The notes: a model not told the origin generated them from the sequence alone. 64,000 nt of DNA from an uncultured bacterium (GCA_963722385.1 CAVRKK010000001.1:1-64000); one strand, 5' to 3'; shown: positions 10,050 to 20,721, counted from the first letter of the stretch. Numbers and translations: made by a program.

Positions 10050-12362
10050 TTAAAGGGAAGTTGATAAGGATTCGCTGCCGCTAAAATTAACACTGTCTCT
10101 GTTTCGATACGTATGCAAGTACTTAAATAACAAAAATCCTGCTATACCTATTGCCGTTAAGGCGGTAAGGCCTAGAGGAATTCCTACCGTCGTTCCTATA
10201 ATGACGCCTAAGGGTAGATTACCACCGTCTCCAGCTCCTCCTGTACCTTGACCTAACAATGGAACAAGCGACACATCATTTGAAGCAAAATTAGCCGTAG
10301 CAACATAAGCACTTCCTCCCTGTACTGGTGAAAAAGCTATTGCGACACAATCAGTTGAGTTAGCAGGCAAAGCATAAGAAGTGTTGCCGTGATCTAACGT
10401 ACCGCCAGCAACCTTAAAGAGGGTAATACTGTTTGAGCCACTATCGACAGCAGCAAGATAGGCGCCATCCGGTGAGGCCGCCAGAGACTGAGGATTATTA
10501 TCTCCCTGCGGTAATGCATACGATATAGAACCACTCAATGAGCCCGAGATTATATCAAAGATGGTTATGTCATTGGAACCGCTATTACTCGTAGCAAGAA
10601 ATAAACTGCTACCGCTGAAATCAGGCAAAAATACGAGTGAGCATGGCTCTTTGGATCCCGGTGGTAATGACTGAGAGGTGCCGCCGCTTAATGCGCCACC
10701 GGTTACTTTAAAGAGCGTTACGTCATTCGAACCTCGGTTAGCGGTGGCAAGATATGCGCCATCGGATGTAAAGGCTACTGCTGAAGGATTTGAAGACTCA
10801 GCAGGCAATGCATAAGCCGTTGCTTCCGTCAAAGAACCTGCAGTGATATTAAAGATGACCACATTATTTGAGTTGCTATTCGCTACTGCAAGGTAAGAGT
10901 CATTAGGCGAGAATTCTATCGAGGCTGGATCAGTCGAATTTGCAGGTAAGGCGTATGACTGAGCTCCCGTTAATTGTCCTGCTGCTACTTTAAAGAGGGT
11001 GATGTCATTTGAGTTAGTATTGGCGGTTGCTAAATAGGCGGTATCAAAAGAGAAAGCTATCGAAGATGGGTTGAATGAACCAGATGGTAGTGGATACGAT
11101 ATACCGGAGGCAAGTTTAATTAGATTACTACTTTCATGTACGCTGAAAAGAGTTACATCGCTTGAACCGTAGTTTGCTGTAGCAAGATACAGACCATCCC
11201 GTGAAAAGGAGAGAGAGTCGGGACCTAAAGATCCTGCCGGCAATGGATAAGAAGTTGCTGGGCTACGAGATTGATGAGGACATTCAATCGTAAAAAGCGT
11301 TATATTATCTGAACCAGAATTGGCACAAGCAAGATATAGGTCATTTGGTGAAAATGCTACCCAATAAGGAAGCGAAGAGCCGCTTGGTAATGCGTACGCC
11401 ATACCCCCGCTCAGCACGCCGCCGGTTCCTACACTGAATACTGTTACATAACTTGAGCCGTAATTAGCAGCAGCAAGGTATGAGCTATTTGACGAAAAGG
11501 CAACTGAGTTGGGACCATCGGGCCCTGTAAAACCAGGTAATGTATACGAAGTGCCCCCACTCAGCACACCACCAGTTTCTACGCTAAATATTGTTACATT
11601 AGCTGAAAGATAATTAGCAGTAGCAAGATACAAGCCGTTTGGTGAAAATGCTATTGAAGTTGCATAGGAACCAGAAAGTAATGGGTACGATGTACCTCCG
11701 CTTAGAACACCTCCTGCTTCTACACTAAATACGCTCACGTAACCTAAATTAGACGCAGCAAGATAGGCGCCACTTGGTGAAAACGCTACCGAAAAGGTAT
11801 TGCTACCAGAAGGTAGCGCGTATGAAGTGCCCCCGCTCAGCGCGCCACCAGTTTCTACACTAAATACTGTTACGTCAGTTGAACTTTCATTACCAGTGGC
11901 AAGATAGGCACCATTTGGTGAAAACATTACGGCACGGGGGTACGTAGAACCCGAAGGTAATGCGTAGGATATAGCTCCACTTAACACCCCACCAGTTCCT
12001 ACACTAAATACTGTTACATCATTTGAATTAGAATTAGCAGTAGCAAGATAGGCGCCATTTGGTGAAAACGCCACTGAAATGGGATTCGTAGAGCCGGACG
12101 GTAGAGGATATGATGTACCTCCACTCAGCACACCCACCGTTCCTACATTAAATACCGTTACATTACTTGAGCTCTCATTAGCAGTAGCAAGATATAAGCC
12201 ATTTGGCGAAAACGCTACTGAATAGGGAAGCGAAGCATCAGTGGGTAAAGCATAATTAACGCCTGATAATGGAGAGCAAACGGCGTGAGCTATTGGATCT
12301 CTGATAAAAACAGATACTAAAGTTAAAAAAATATAAGTCGCCGTCTTGCGCAGAAAAATCAT
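10050..12362 (-). CDS. Surface protein with two 7-bladed beta-propellers (lactonase/WD40-like) and a C-terminal TM anchor
   Basis: Signal peptide, 14 copies of the ~46-aa SY(A/P)LPSGS..P.SVAFSPNG.YLATAN..S..VT(V/L)F unit, TM helix LPLGVIIGTTVG...FLLF. Confidence 0.85.
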   Translation of the reverse strand: MIFLRKTATYIFLTLVSVFIRDPIAHAVCSPLSGVNYALPTDASLPYSVAFSPNGLYLATANESSSNVTVFNVGTVGVLSGGTSYPLPSGSTNPISVAFSPNGAYLATANSNSNDVTVFSVGTGGVLSGAISYALPSGSTYPRAVMFSPNGAYLATGNESSTDVTVFSVETGGALSGGTSYALPSGSNTFSVAFSPSGAYLAASNLGYVSVFSVEAGGVLSGGTSYPLLSGSYATSIAFSPNGLYLATANYLSANVTIFSVETGGVLSGGTSYTLPGFTGPDGPNSVAFSSNSSYLAAANYGSSYVTVFSVGTGGVLSGGMAYALPSGSSLPYWVAFSPNDLYLACANSGSDNITLFTIECPHQSRSPATSYPLPAGSLGPDSLSFSRDGLYLATANYGSSDVTLFSVHESSNLIKLASGISYPLPSGSFNPSSIAFSFDTAYLATANTNSNDITLFKVAAGQLTGAQSYALPANSTDPASIEFSPNDSYLAVANSNSNNVVIFNITAGSLTEATAYALPAESSNPSAVAFTSDGAYLATANRGSNDVTLFKVTGGALSGGTSQSLPPGSKEPCSLVFLPDFSGSSLFLATSNSGSNDITIFDIISGSLSGSISYALPQGDNNPQSLAASPDGAYLAAVDSGSNSITLFKVAGGTLDHGNTSYALPANSTDCVAIAFSPVQGGSAYVATANFASNDVSLVPLLGQGTGGAGDGGNLPLGVIIGTTVGIPLGLTALTAIGIAGFLLFKYLHTYRNRDSVNFSGSESLSTSL

Positions 12363-12387
12363 ACATCAATCTCCTGATGTTTTTATT

Positions 12388-12681
12388 TTAATTATAGCGA
12401 AGGTCAAATACCACATACACTTTTGTCCAGAGGCTTTTCATGGTACCGCTCACCTGCCTAGGCACATTACAGGCTATTTGAGCGGGTAACTTATATACCA
12501 TGCGAAGCGTATTATAGCAGCTTTTCTGCAAAAACTTCTGATTGCTTGCTTTGCCATGCTCAAAAGCATATTTGCTCACATAGTTTGCTCCATCACGATA
12601 TGCTAGCTGCGTCTGCCGCAAGAGTCTTTTCTCTTCTTTGGTCGTATGTAATTTTAATTTGGCGGTAATAATTTGCTTCAT
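12388..12681 (-). mobile_element. tnpB: Truncated IS200/IS605-family TnpB (N-terminal fragment only)
   Basis: MKQIITAKLKL.T...LLRQTQLAYRDGANYVS..AF...LQK..Y..LR..Y.LPAQ.ACN resembles TnpB N-termini; no RuvC or Zn finger; hairpin GGCAAGGAGCCCC...GGGGAGGAATTGCC upstream at 12735-12775. Confidence 0.7.
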
Positions 12682-13000
12682 ATCGCGATTAAATCATGCC
12701 TTTTTAAATCTGTCAAGCGCAATAGCACTTTTACGGCAATTCCTCCCCATATGTAAATAAAGGGGGCTCCTTGCCATTTTTTTATTATGCTATCAACATG
12801 CGCGTCAAACATACTTTTTTGAATCGTGCCTTTAGGTTTGCCAATTCTAATCCCTTGGCCAGGAATTTCGCATATTTCAAAGACTTTCCGCATCTCCTAA
12901 TTCTATAATGTCAATTTCAATTGTTGCAATTTAAAACAAAAAATTAATATAATTAATTAAAATAGTGATTCATTTTTACATTAAAATATAGGAGGAATTC

Positions 13001-13399
13001 ATGAAATAGCTCTTTTTCTTATCGAATGCCATAGCATTGGCTTTAGTTCTTGCTAATAAGATAGATGCGTCGACAATAACGGTCCATAACGAGGGCAATG
13101 CGGCGGTAGACGTATCCTTACTCTTAACTAATGGCTGTAGCAACTTTGAGTTTGATGACGTGCAACCGGGCACATCCCAAACGCAGGAATCCCCTGAAGC
13201 ACAAGCGGGTCGCTCATACTCATGTTGTTATGGCAGTGCAAAATTTTTCGGCGCAATAGCTTCCAGCTGGGAACAGCCTTGGGGCCAATCGCCTATCAGG
13301 GGAGGAACCGTTTGCACATATTATAACCCAGGCAATTCAACCCTCTGGGTAAATAATAGTTGGGGCGGCAAATGGGGTATTGGTGTTGAAACCCCTTAA
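13001..13399 (+). pseudogene. Secreted protein (paralog of 16267-16686) with a nonsense codon at codon 3
   Basis: GGAGGA RBS then ATG AAA TAG CTC TTT TTC..., in frame with ORF 13037-13399; shares HNEGN..V, PGT.QTQ, YGSA.F, TLWVNNS.GG.WGIGV with the paralog. Confidence 0.7.
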
Positions 13400-13539
13400 C
13401 GCCTAACACTCCTAAGAAAGAGCCATAAAGAAGGAAAACGATTTATTTTTTTACATTAAAGTGAAGGAGGAATTTTAATGCTCAAAGAGGGATTTTAATG
13501 AACTTTCTTAAAAGTTAGGCTGCCTTCAAATTGCGCTTA

Positions 13540-13933
13540 TTTTATTTTTCTCCTACGCCCTCATCATCAAAATTTCAGTAAGCGACTAATAAAAAGCCTT
13601 AAGCTTTATTTTTTTGATACTGGTCTTGCATGTTCGCTACTTCGTATTACGCCTGAACAGTTGCCAATGCATTATTTAAAAGGCGGCCTCTTTGAATCTC
13701 TTATTATTTCTGAGTTTTATAAGTACTATTACAATCACGGAAAAATTCCATATGTCCACTTTTGTCGTGACCATATCGGAAACGAAGTTGACTGTATTTT
13801 GGAGGAAAATCAGCTTTTGGTCCCAGTAGAAATTAAGGCGGGTTCAACAATCAGCACCTCTTTTTTTAACGGGCTTACTTACTGGAATAACCTTGCTCAA
13901 GTATTCCCATCTGCTGATAATGCTACCGAATAA
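13540..13933 (+). pseudogene. AAA_14/DUF4143 ATPase, C-terminal remnant
   Basis: LLRPHHQNFSKRLIKSLKLYFFDTGLACSLL...FESLIISE...RD..GNEVDC...PVEIKAG; N-terminus absent, C-terminus cut off. Confidence 0.8.
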
Positions 13934-14565
13934 CCTTCGTTGCTCCATTCTGTAGACTGAGTTAAGGTTGCTTGATGTGTCCAGGTGTTGCCTGATCTTG
14001 TGTAAATCTGTGTTGCCCCTTCGCTATCATAACTACCTGCGGCGAGTGTTGATCCATCGGGAGTTAGTGCTATTGACCAGCCTTCGTATGAAAAATCTGG
14101 ACCATTCTGTGTCAAAGTTGCCTGATGCGTCCATATGGTTCCTGATCTTATGTAAATTTGCGTTGCTCCTTTATCCCATTCTGGATCGCCTATTGCGAGC
14201 ATATTACCATCTGCTGATAATGACACTGAGTAGCCCTCTTGCGACGAATCATCTGTTGTATACTGTAGCACGGTTGCTTGATGTGTCCAGATAACTCCTG
14301 ATCTCACATAAATTTGTGCTACTCCGCCTTTTCCATGCCAAATATAACCAGGAGCTCCAACAGCAAGCGTGTTACCATCCGCTGAAAGTGCTAGAGCCCT
14401 TCCTTCATGTGACTTTGTTATATTTTGAGTTAATAAAGCTTGTAAGTGCCAATCATCGGGAAAGACTGCACCAGACGTATGTTTTTTTGTATTTTTTGCA
14501 ATTTTATAAGTTGATTCTATGTTTGAAGTCATTATCAAAACAATAAAAAAGTAGATAAATTTCAT
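13897..14565 (-). pseudogene. Secreted FG-GAP-like beta-propeller repeat protein, C-terminally truncated
   Basis: Signal peptide and repeats of EG.SVALSADGN.LAVGAP...GA.QIY.RSG..W.HQA.L; stops mid-repeat where it meets the DUF4143 remnant. Confidence 0.7.
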
Positions 14566-14609
14566 TTTTAAATCCCAAAAGGTTATCGGAATATAAGCTT
14601 TTCCTCAAT

Positions 14610-15798
14610 TTAGGCCCTGGTGTTGTTAGCGTAAACTAAAGCCGCGCCTAGATCATTATAATCCGTCTCAGGGTCATAATAAGGGGCGCTGACAGCAAGC
14701 GTATTGCCATCGGCTGATAGTGCTACGCCATGACCCTCATCGTCTAAAGAATTCATGTACTGACTCAAAAAAGCTTGCCGTTTCCATGTTGAACCAGATT
14801 GTTTATAAATGATTGTTCCTCCCGGAGAAGATGGAGCGCCGGCAGCAAGTATATGGCCATCCAATGATAGCGCCACTGAATAACCTTCATCTGATCCTGT
14901 GACATTCTGTGATAACGTTGCTTGATGGTTCCAAATAGAACCAGACCTTGTATAAATCTGTGTTGCTCCTGGTTTTTTATAAAAAGAAGAAGATGGAGCG
15001 CCAGCAGCAAGCATATTACCGTTCGCTGATAAAGCTACTGAATAACCTTCATATGAGTCAGTGATATCCTGAGTTAACCGTGCTTGATATTGCCAACTAG
15101 AACCTGATCTCGTGTAAATCACTGTTCCTGCAGAGCCGATTGCAAGAGTATTGCCATCAGCTGATAATGCTACCGCATTACCTCCGTCCTTTAGGGTGAT
15201 TTCATGCTCCCATTTTATCCCTAACTTAACATAAATCTGCGTAAGGTATGTAGTATAAGGAGAACTAGTGTCGACTACTAATGTCACAAGAGTCTTACCA
15301 TCAGCAGATAGAGCTATAGCTCTTTGGTCATGTGCTAAATTATCTGCTAAGATCGTTGCTTGATGACTCCAACCAGCTTTTGATTTGTTATAAATCTGTA
15401 TTGTTCCTGTTGTGTTAATATTAGAATGGGGGAGCGATGACGGCAAGCATGTTTCCCTCGGCTGCCAATGCCACCGAAGAGCCTTCCTTGGACCCTGCTT
15501 CACTCTGAGTTAAAGTAGCTTGATATTTCCAGACAGAGCCAGATCTAACATAAATCTGTGTTGCTCCCGCATCTGCATAATGATTAAAATAAGGGGCACC
15601 GACAGCAAGAATATTGCCGTCGGCTGATAGCGCTATAGAACTACCTTCCTCCGATTTTGTTATCTTTTGTGTCAAAAAAGCTTGAAGATTCCAATCAATT
15701 TGGGAAGCATGATCCTTAACGCTCTTTGTAGAGCCATACCCCAACGTAGTGCTTGAATTTACCACCAACAAAACAGTAGCAAAATAAATTCTTTTCAT
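14610..15798 (-). pseudogene. Secreted FG-GAP-like beta-propeller repeat protein, frameshifted in a C5 run at about 15430
   Basis: ORF 15421-15798 (signal peptide + first repeats) continues in another frame as ORF 14610-15503; about 7 repeats in total. Confidence 0.75.
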
Positions 15799-16266
15799 CT
15801 TTTACTCCCCCCCGAGCATTATAAACACCCTCCGCACATCAAAGGGCTTGACGATTACAAGCAATTTCCAAGATCGCCGATTGTTTAAAATTTAGTTTCT
15901 AAAATTACCTCGTTCACTTTCTCCAAGCCTATCAAGTTGTTGCTAATTTTTCACGCTCCTCTTATATGATCGTTTTTTTTCTAATTAACTTTAATATATC
16001 GATTAAATCAAAGAATTCAAGACAATGCTCTAGTCAATCTTTCTTATATCGTGTCAAAAGAAGTCAGCACCAGAAAGAATCGCTGTGGCATGATAGATCA
16101 CTTAATTCTTGCTCATTAAAAAAGTCTCAATTAATTAAAAGCTTGTTTGACAAAGTATGGCTCTATACTAATTACTATTTTACTGACTCTGTAGCGCTTG
16201 TACATTTTTGGTCTTAACATGCAGAATTATGGCTACCAATTCTAAAATTGGCAGCCATTTTTTTTC

Positions 16267-16686
16267 TTAGGATTGGACCCCGATGCCCCAGTGACCACCC
16301 TCTGAATTGTTAACCCAAAGAGTTGGGCCGTGATTTATGGGATAGTGTCCTGGATACGCATCTTGGTTGCTTGGTGCGCTGCCCCAGTTAGCCCCGCTCT
16401 CTGTTTGATAGAAATCTGCACTTCCATAACTACATTGTGTTTGCAAGCCAGCCTCTGTTTCTGCTGTATTATCGGTAATATTTTGTGTCTGAGTTGTGCC
16501 AGGCTTTATATTGTCAAATATGAGAGCGTGACATTCATGTCCATGAGCCTGAACGTGAACGGTTACGGCGGTGTTTCCCTCGTTATGCACCGATAACGTA
16601 TTATATCCGTCGTTTTGCGCCATTGCGCTATTAACGAGTCCAAAAACAAGTACAAGGACACCCCGAGATAAAATAGATAGCTTCAT
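16267..16686 (-). CDS. Secreted beta-rich hypothetical protein (paralog of 13001-13399)
   Basis: Signal peptide; motifs shared with the 13.0-kb copy. Confidence 0.75.
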   Translation of the reverse strand: MKLSILSRGVLVLVFGLVNSAMAQNDGYNTLSVHNEGNTAVTVHVQAHGHECHALIFDNIKPGTTQTQNITDNTAETEAGLQTQCSYGSADFYQTESGANWGSAPSNQDAYPGHYPINHGPTLWVNNSEGGHWGIGVQS

Positions 16687-16829
16687 ACTAATCCCTTTTA
16701 TTATGAATAGTAAATAAAATATTTAATTAAAATACCTCTCTTGTATTAATATACCCAATATTAATTTCAAATTGCAAGGTATTCACGATATGGCGTAAAA
16801 TAATGGCGTAAAATAAGGTACTGGTAAAT

Positions 16830-17903
16830 TTAGTGCTCAAAAAATCGCTTAATGTCTATCTCACGTGCCAAAGGTGTACCTTTATGAAGAAAATCGACGA
16901 ATTGTTTGCTGCAAGGGGGTATAAGAAGTGTCCCTTTGGACCCAAAGCCGTTAAAAATACCAAGCTGTGGGTATTTTGGATGCAGCCCGACAAAGGGCAA
17001 AGTATCCCATGTCCCTGGGCGTATACCAGCTTGGTGATCTGTTACTTCGTATGGCTCGTCCGTGCAGATCATAGCGCGGTAACCGTTCAGTAAAAGCTCG
17101 AGGCCAGCTTGTGTTGGCACATTGGCAAGATTGCGCCGATCATATGTTGCGCCAAACCTAATTATCTGCTCGCTGTGCGGAATCAACCAGAAGCCCTTGC
17201 TTATCAAGTGTTGGTAATGATGTGCTTGCGGGATAGCCAATGATAGAATTTCACCGTGAGTGAGCTGAAAGGGCAGCCCTGAAAACCAAGGATTATGTAT
17301 CGCTTGCCAGCCTTCACAAAAAATTATTTTTTTAGCTTCTATATTTTCCCATATAACCGATTCAGCGCCAATCGTTAGCTGCTGATAATCAAAATGTTGG
17401 TTAATAATGCAGTTTTTTGACAAGAAAAAGCGTGTAAGGTGACCCAGTAAAGCTTCTACGTTTACTACCCCGCCTTGGTCGATCTTAAAACTGCCCAAAG
17501 GGTCGTGCAATAGCTTAGGGAAAGAATGTGGGGCGTGATTAGCTTTCAAGAACTCATGGTAGGTGTTGTCATTTCTGCGCCGCTGCACGATCTCTTTTTC
17601 TTCGTCAGACTGATAAAGGCGAATAATATCATATGGCTTAAAGAGTTGTGTATTAAAAAAAGATTCAAGTTGCCTATAGCAATCTTTGGCCTCCTTGAGC
17701 GCTTGGTCAGCTTGCCAAGCCTTGGAAACGCGCTTTCCCGTAATAGTATTAAGAATGCCTGCCGCAATTGATGAGCAGCCAGGGCTCGAAGCATCGTAAA
17801 TAACACGAATACGGTAGCCTCGTTCAATTAAGTGCCAAGCAAGCAAACTTCCCGCAATACCGTTGCCTATAATTAAATAATCAATAAAAGATCGGTTTGT
17901 CAT
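16830..17903 (-). CDS. FAD-dependent oxidoreductase (DAO/ThiO/MnmC-C-terminal-like)
   Basis: YLIIGNGIAG Rossmann motif, S..AAG, GATY, AGIRP.T.D.LP.VG, NGFGSKG. Confidence 0.9.
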   Translation of the reverse strand: MTNRSFIDYLIIGNGIAGSLLAWHLIERGYRIRVIYDASSPGCSSIAAGILNTITGKRVSKAWQADQALKEAKDCYRQLESFFNTQLFKPYDIIRLYQSDEEKEIVQRRRNDNTYHEFLKANHAPHSFPKLLHDPLGSFKIDQGGVVNVEALLGHLTRFFLSKNCIINQHFDYQQLTIGAESVIWENIEAKKIIFCEGWQAIHNPWFSGLPFQLTHGEILSLAIPQAHHYQHLISKGFWLIPHSEQIIRFGATYDRRNLANVPTQAGLELLLNGYRAMICTDEPYEVTDHQAGIRPGTWDTLPFVGLHPKYPQLGIFNGFGSKGTLLIPPCSKQFVDFLHKGTPLAREIDIKRFFEH

Positions 17904-17971
17904 AATCAAAGCTATGTTGCGATGTGGTTCGTGCTCATGTATGCTATCATAAACATAAGCAAGGAGATTTG

Positions 17972-18472
17972 TTGAGTACTCTTTTATTCACGCGGCTGCA
18001 AGAGCTTACTATTGAGCATAAGACATATTATCATAAGCCGGTTTTTACGTGCCAAGAGGCTGATCTCGAATATGACCAGCTTCCTCCGTTTGGGCGGTGC
18101 AAAAATCTTTTCTTAAAAGATAGCAAAAAACAGCTCTGGCTTATTATCGCTTTAGCCGCAACTCCTATTAAGCTTAAAGAATTTGCCAAAAATCTCCAAG
18201 CACCTGAGTTGCGTTTTGCAGGCCCTGAGCTTTTGCTTCAGTATCTTGGTGTCCAGCCTGGAAGCGTTACGCCCTTTGGACTTATACATGATGAGCAGCA
18301 TGTTATTCGCGTTGTTCTTGAGCAGGCATTGCTTAATGAACACCTTTTGGGGTTCCACCCGTTAAGCAACGATGCTACAACGCTCATTACCCCGGATAGC
18401 TTGCGAGCTTTTATTGCCGCTTGTGGCAATGAGCTGCGCGTGCTGGATGCAACGCGTGCAAGCTTCGTTTAG
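17972..18472 (+). CDS. YbaK/ProX-family aminoacyl-tRNA editing protein
   Basis: H.PVFT..EA, KNLFLKD, LGV.PGSVTPFGL, FHPL.N.AT motifs; TTG start after GGAG. Confidence 0.9.
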   Translation: MSTLLFTRLQELTIEHKTYYHKPVFTCQEADLEYDQLPPFGRCKNLFLKDSKKQLWLIIALAATPIKLKEFAKNLQAPELRFAGPELLLQYLGVQPGSVTPFGLIHDEQHVIRVVLEQALLNEHLLGFHPLSNDATTLITPDSLRAFIAACGNELRVLDATRASFV

Positions 18473-18646
18473 TACAGATCGTCAGTTGCCAGATATTGAT
18501 GGCTACTTTTTCCGGTTTCAGCATTTTTATTCGTTTTGAAAATTTTATTAAGTGAAAAATAGCTTTTTCCAACCCTGTTTTTCAGAAGAGTTTCGTGATA
18601 ATATTTGGGGGTACACCATTAAGATCAAATTTAGTGAGTATTAAGT

Positions 18647-20401
18647 ATGCTTTTTTACGAAGTGAGCGCAACTTTTGAAGCAATTTCGCACACCTCTTCG
18701 CGCAATACTATTACCAAGGAGCTTGCGCATCTTTTTAGTGAAGCGTCGCCACATCAGGCGCGTATTATAAGCTATCTCGCTCTCGGCTTACTGCGTCCAC
18801 CCTATCAAAGCACCCAATTTGGTCTTGCCAATAAAAGTATCGAAAAAGTACTGGCGGTTTTATTTAACACAACGCCTGATGCCATAGCAACCAAGGCGCG
18901 CGAGCTCGGGGATTTGGGCCTTGTTGCAGGGGCGGGCTCATGGCCAGCCGCCAAGAAACTTACCATCGAAGAGGTGTATGATCGTTTAGTCGCCATTGAA
19001 AGCACGACGGGGGCGGGCTCACAAGAAGAAAAGGCGCAGCTTTTGATGAGCCTATTGCTCGATGCCGGGCCACATTCTGCTCAGACGATTGTACGGATGG
19101 TGCTGGGCAAACTTCGCCTCGGTTTTTCCGATATGACAATCATTGACGCGCTTGCCTGGATGCTTACTGGCGATAAATCTTTACGATCACGCATAGAATC
19201 CGCTTACAATGTGTGTGCTGATATTGGATTGCTGGCCGAGCGTTTACGATCGTATGACATTGCTGGGCTTGATAAAATAGGCATTACGGTTGGTATACCC
19301 ATAAGGCCAGCACTTGCAGAGCGCTTGCCAAACGCGCGCGACATCGTCAATAAGCTCGGCTTCTGTGTGGCACAGCCAAAGCTTGATGGGTTTCGTTTGC
19401 AGGTGCATATTAAGCGTGACGAAACTACCTATAAAACATGGTTTTTTTCGCGTAACCTCATAGATATGTCTGCCATGTTTCCCGATCTGGTCAAAGCTTT
19501 CGAAAAATATGATACCTCTCCGAGCTTGATTGTTGATGGTGAGGCGGTTGTTTACGATCCCGCAACGAACAAGTATCTCCCTTTTCAGGAAACGGTCAAG
19601 CGTAAGCGGAAGCATGGCATTGAAGAGGTGGTTGCGCAATTGCCGTTGCGGCTTTTTTTGTTTGATATTTTTTACTATGATGGTCACTCTCAGCTTGAGA
19701 AACCCCATGAGGAGCGGCGTAATTTATTGCTCCATTTATTCGGGATTTCTCACGATAGCATCATATCGGTGATTGACGAGCGCCCTATTAAGACGTCTGC
19801 AGAGCTTGAAGAATATTTTAAGGAATGCACGAAAGCTGGTCTTGAGGGTCTTGTCGTGAAGCGGCCCGATGCGCCTTATCAGCCCGGAAAGCGCAATTTT
19901 AACTGGATCAAGCTTAAAAAAGGTGAAGATACTGCTTTGGGCGATACGATTGATGCGGTGATTCTCGGTTATTATTATGGTAGCGGCAAGCGAGCGACTT
20001 TTGGCATCGGTGCTTTTTTGGTTGGCGTATACGACAATGTCCATGATCGTTTTGAGACGATTGCAAAGGTGGGTACGGGATTGAAAGATGCCGATTGGAT
20101 TGAGCTCAAAAGGCGTTGCGACGCTATCGCCGCCCCCGAGATGCCCAGCAACGTGGTTTGCGACAAAGCATTATATCCCGATATTTGGACGTACCCCGAG
20201 CTCGTTTGCGTCATACGGGCAGATGATATTACGCAATCTCCTTTACATACGGCGGGTAAAAGCGCACATTTACCGGGCTTGGCGTTGCGCTTCCCCCGAT
20301 TTGTTGATTATCGATTAGACAAGACGGCGCGCGAAGCGACCACGGTTGATGAAATCAAGCATATGTGGCAGCATCAGGGTAAGGTGCATAAGGCGGCGTA
20401 G
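18647..20401 (+). CDS. lig: ATP-dependent DNA ligase (archaeal/eukaryote DNA ligase I type)
   Basis: N-terminal DNA-binding domain, KLDGFR motif I, DGE, FDI, EGLVVK, W.KLK, KVGTG, ALRFPRF. Confidence 0.95.
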   Translation: MLFYEVSATFEAISHTSSRNTITKELAHLFSEASPHQARIISYLALGLLRPPYQSTQFGLANKSIEKVLAVLFNTTPDAIATKARELGDLGLVAGAGSWPAAKKLTIEEVYDRLVAIESTTGAGSQEEKAQLLMSLLLDAGPHSAQTIVRMVLGKLRLGFSDMTIIDALAWMLTGDKSLRSRIESAYNVCADIGLLAERLRSYDIAGLDKIGITVGIPIRPALAERLPNARDIVNKLGFCVAQPKLDGFRLQVHIKRDETTYKTWFFSRNLIDMSAMFPDLVKAFEKYDTSPSLIVDGEAVVYDPATNKYLPFQETVKRKRKHGIEEVVAQLPLRLFLFDIFYYDGHSQLEKPHEERRNLLLHLFGISHDSIISVIDERPIKTSAELEEYFKECTKAGLEGLVVKRPDAPYQPGKRNFNWIKLKKGEDTALGDTIDAVILGYYYGSGKRATFGIGAFLVGVYDNVHDRFETIAKVGTGLKDADWIELKRRCDAIAAPEMPSNVVCDKALYPDIWTYPELVCVIRADDITQSPLHTAGKSAHLPGLALRFPRFVDYRLDKTAREATTVDEIKHMWQHQGKVHKAA

Positions 20402-20721
20402 TTCATTGTAGAATCCAATGGCTGACACACGCATTGTCTCAAAAGCTTCAAATTATTGACAAATAAAATAAATAATTGATAATATGTAATCGTTAAAGCC
20501 AATACTAAATGTTAAAATATTGGGAATGCTATGGCAAAAATGTACAGCTGCATATATCTTTTCCCTTGAATTTAGGCACTTGATGAGCCGATATTTTCCG
20601 CCCGATAAAGATCGTACCAATAAGGAAAGTCTTGAGAAAGTAGAGCGAGTACTTCAGGCGCAACAGTAGTTTAGCTATCATAGAAATAAAGTGATGATGT
20701 AGTTAAAATAGGAGGAATTGT

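Noticed and set aside
12678..12893. IS607-type tnpA upstream of tnpB
   Set aside because: Only a ~17-aa resolvase-like patch; no catalytic serine motif or HTH; the rest of the ORF runs across a hairpin and promoter
13001..13012. Stop-codon reassignment or TAG readthrough
   Set aside because: TAG terminates many clear genes here (lig, yebC, yicC), so the standard code applies; a single nonsense mutation is simpler
10050..15798. Periodic DNA repeats resembling a CRISPR array or DGR template/variable repeat pair
   Set aside because: Repeats are in-frame degenerate propeller blades with no unique spacers; no cas or reverse transcriptase gene; differences are not adenine-specific as far as I can see
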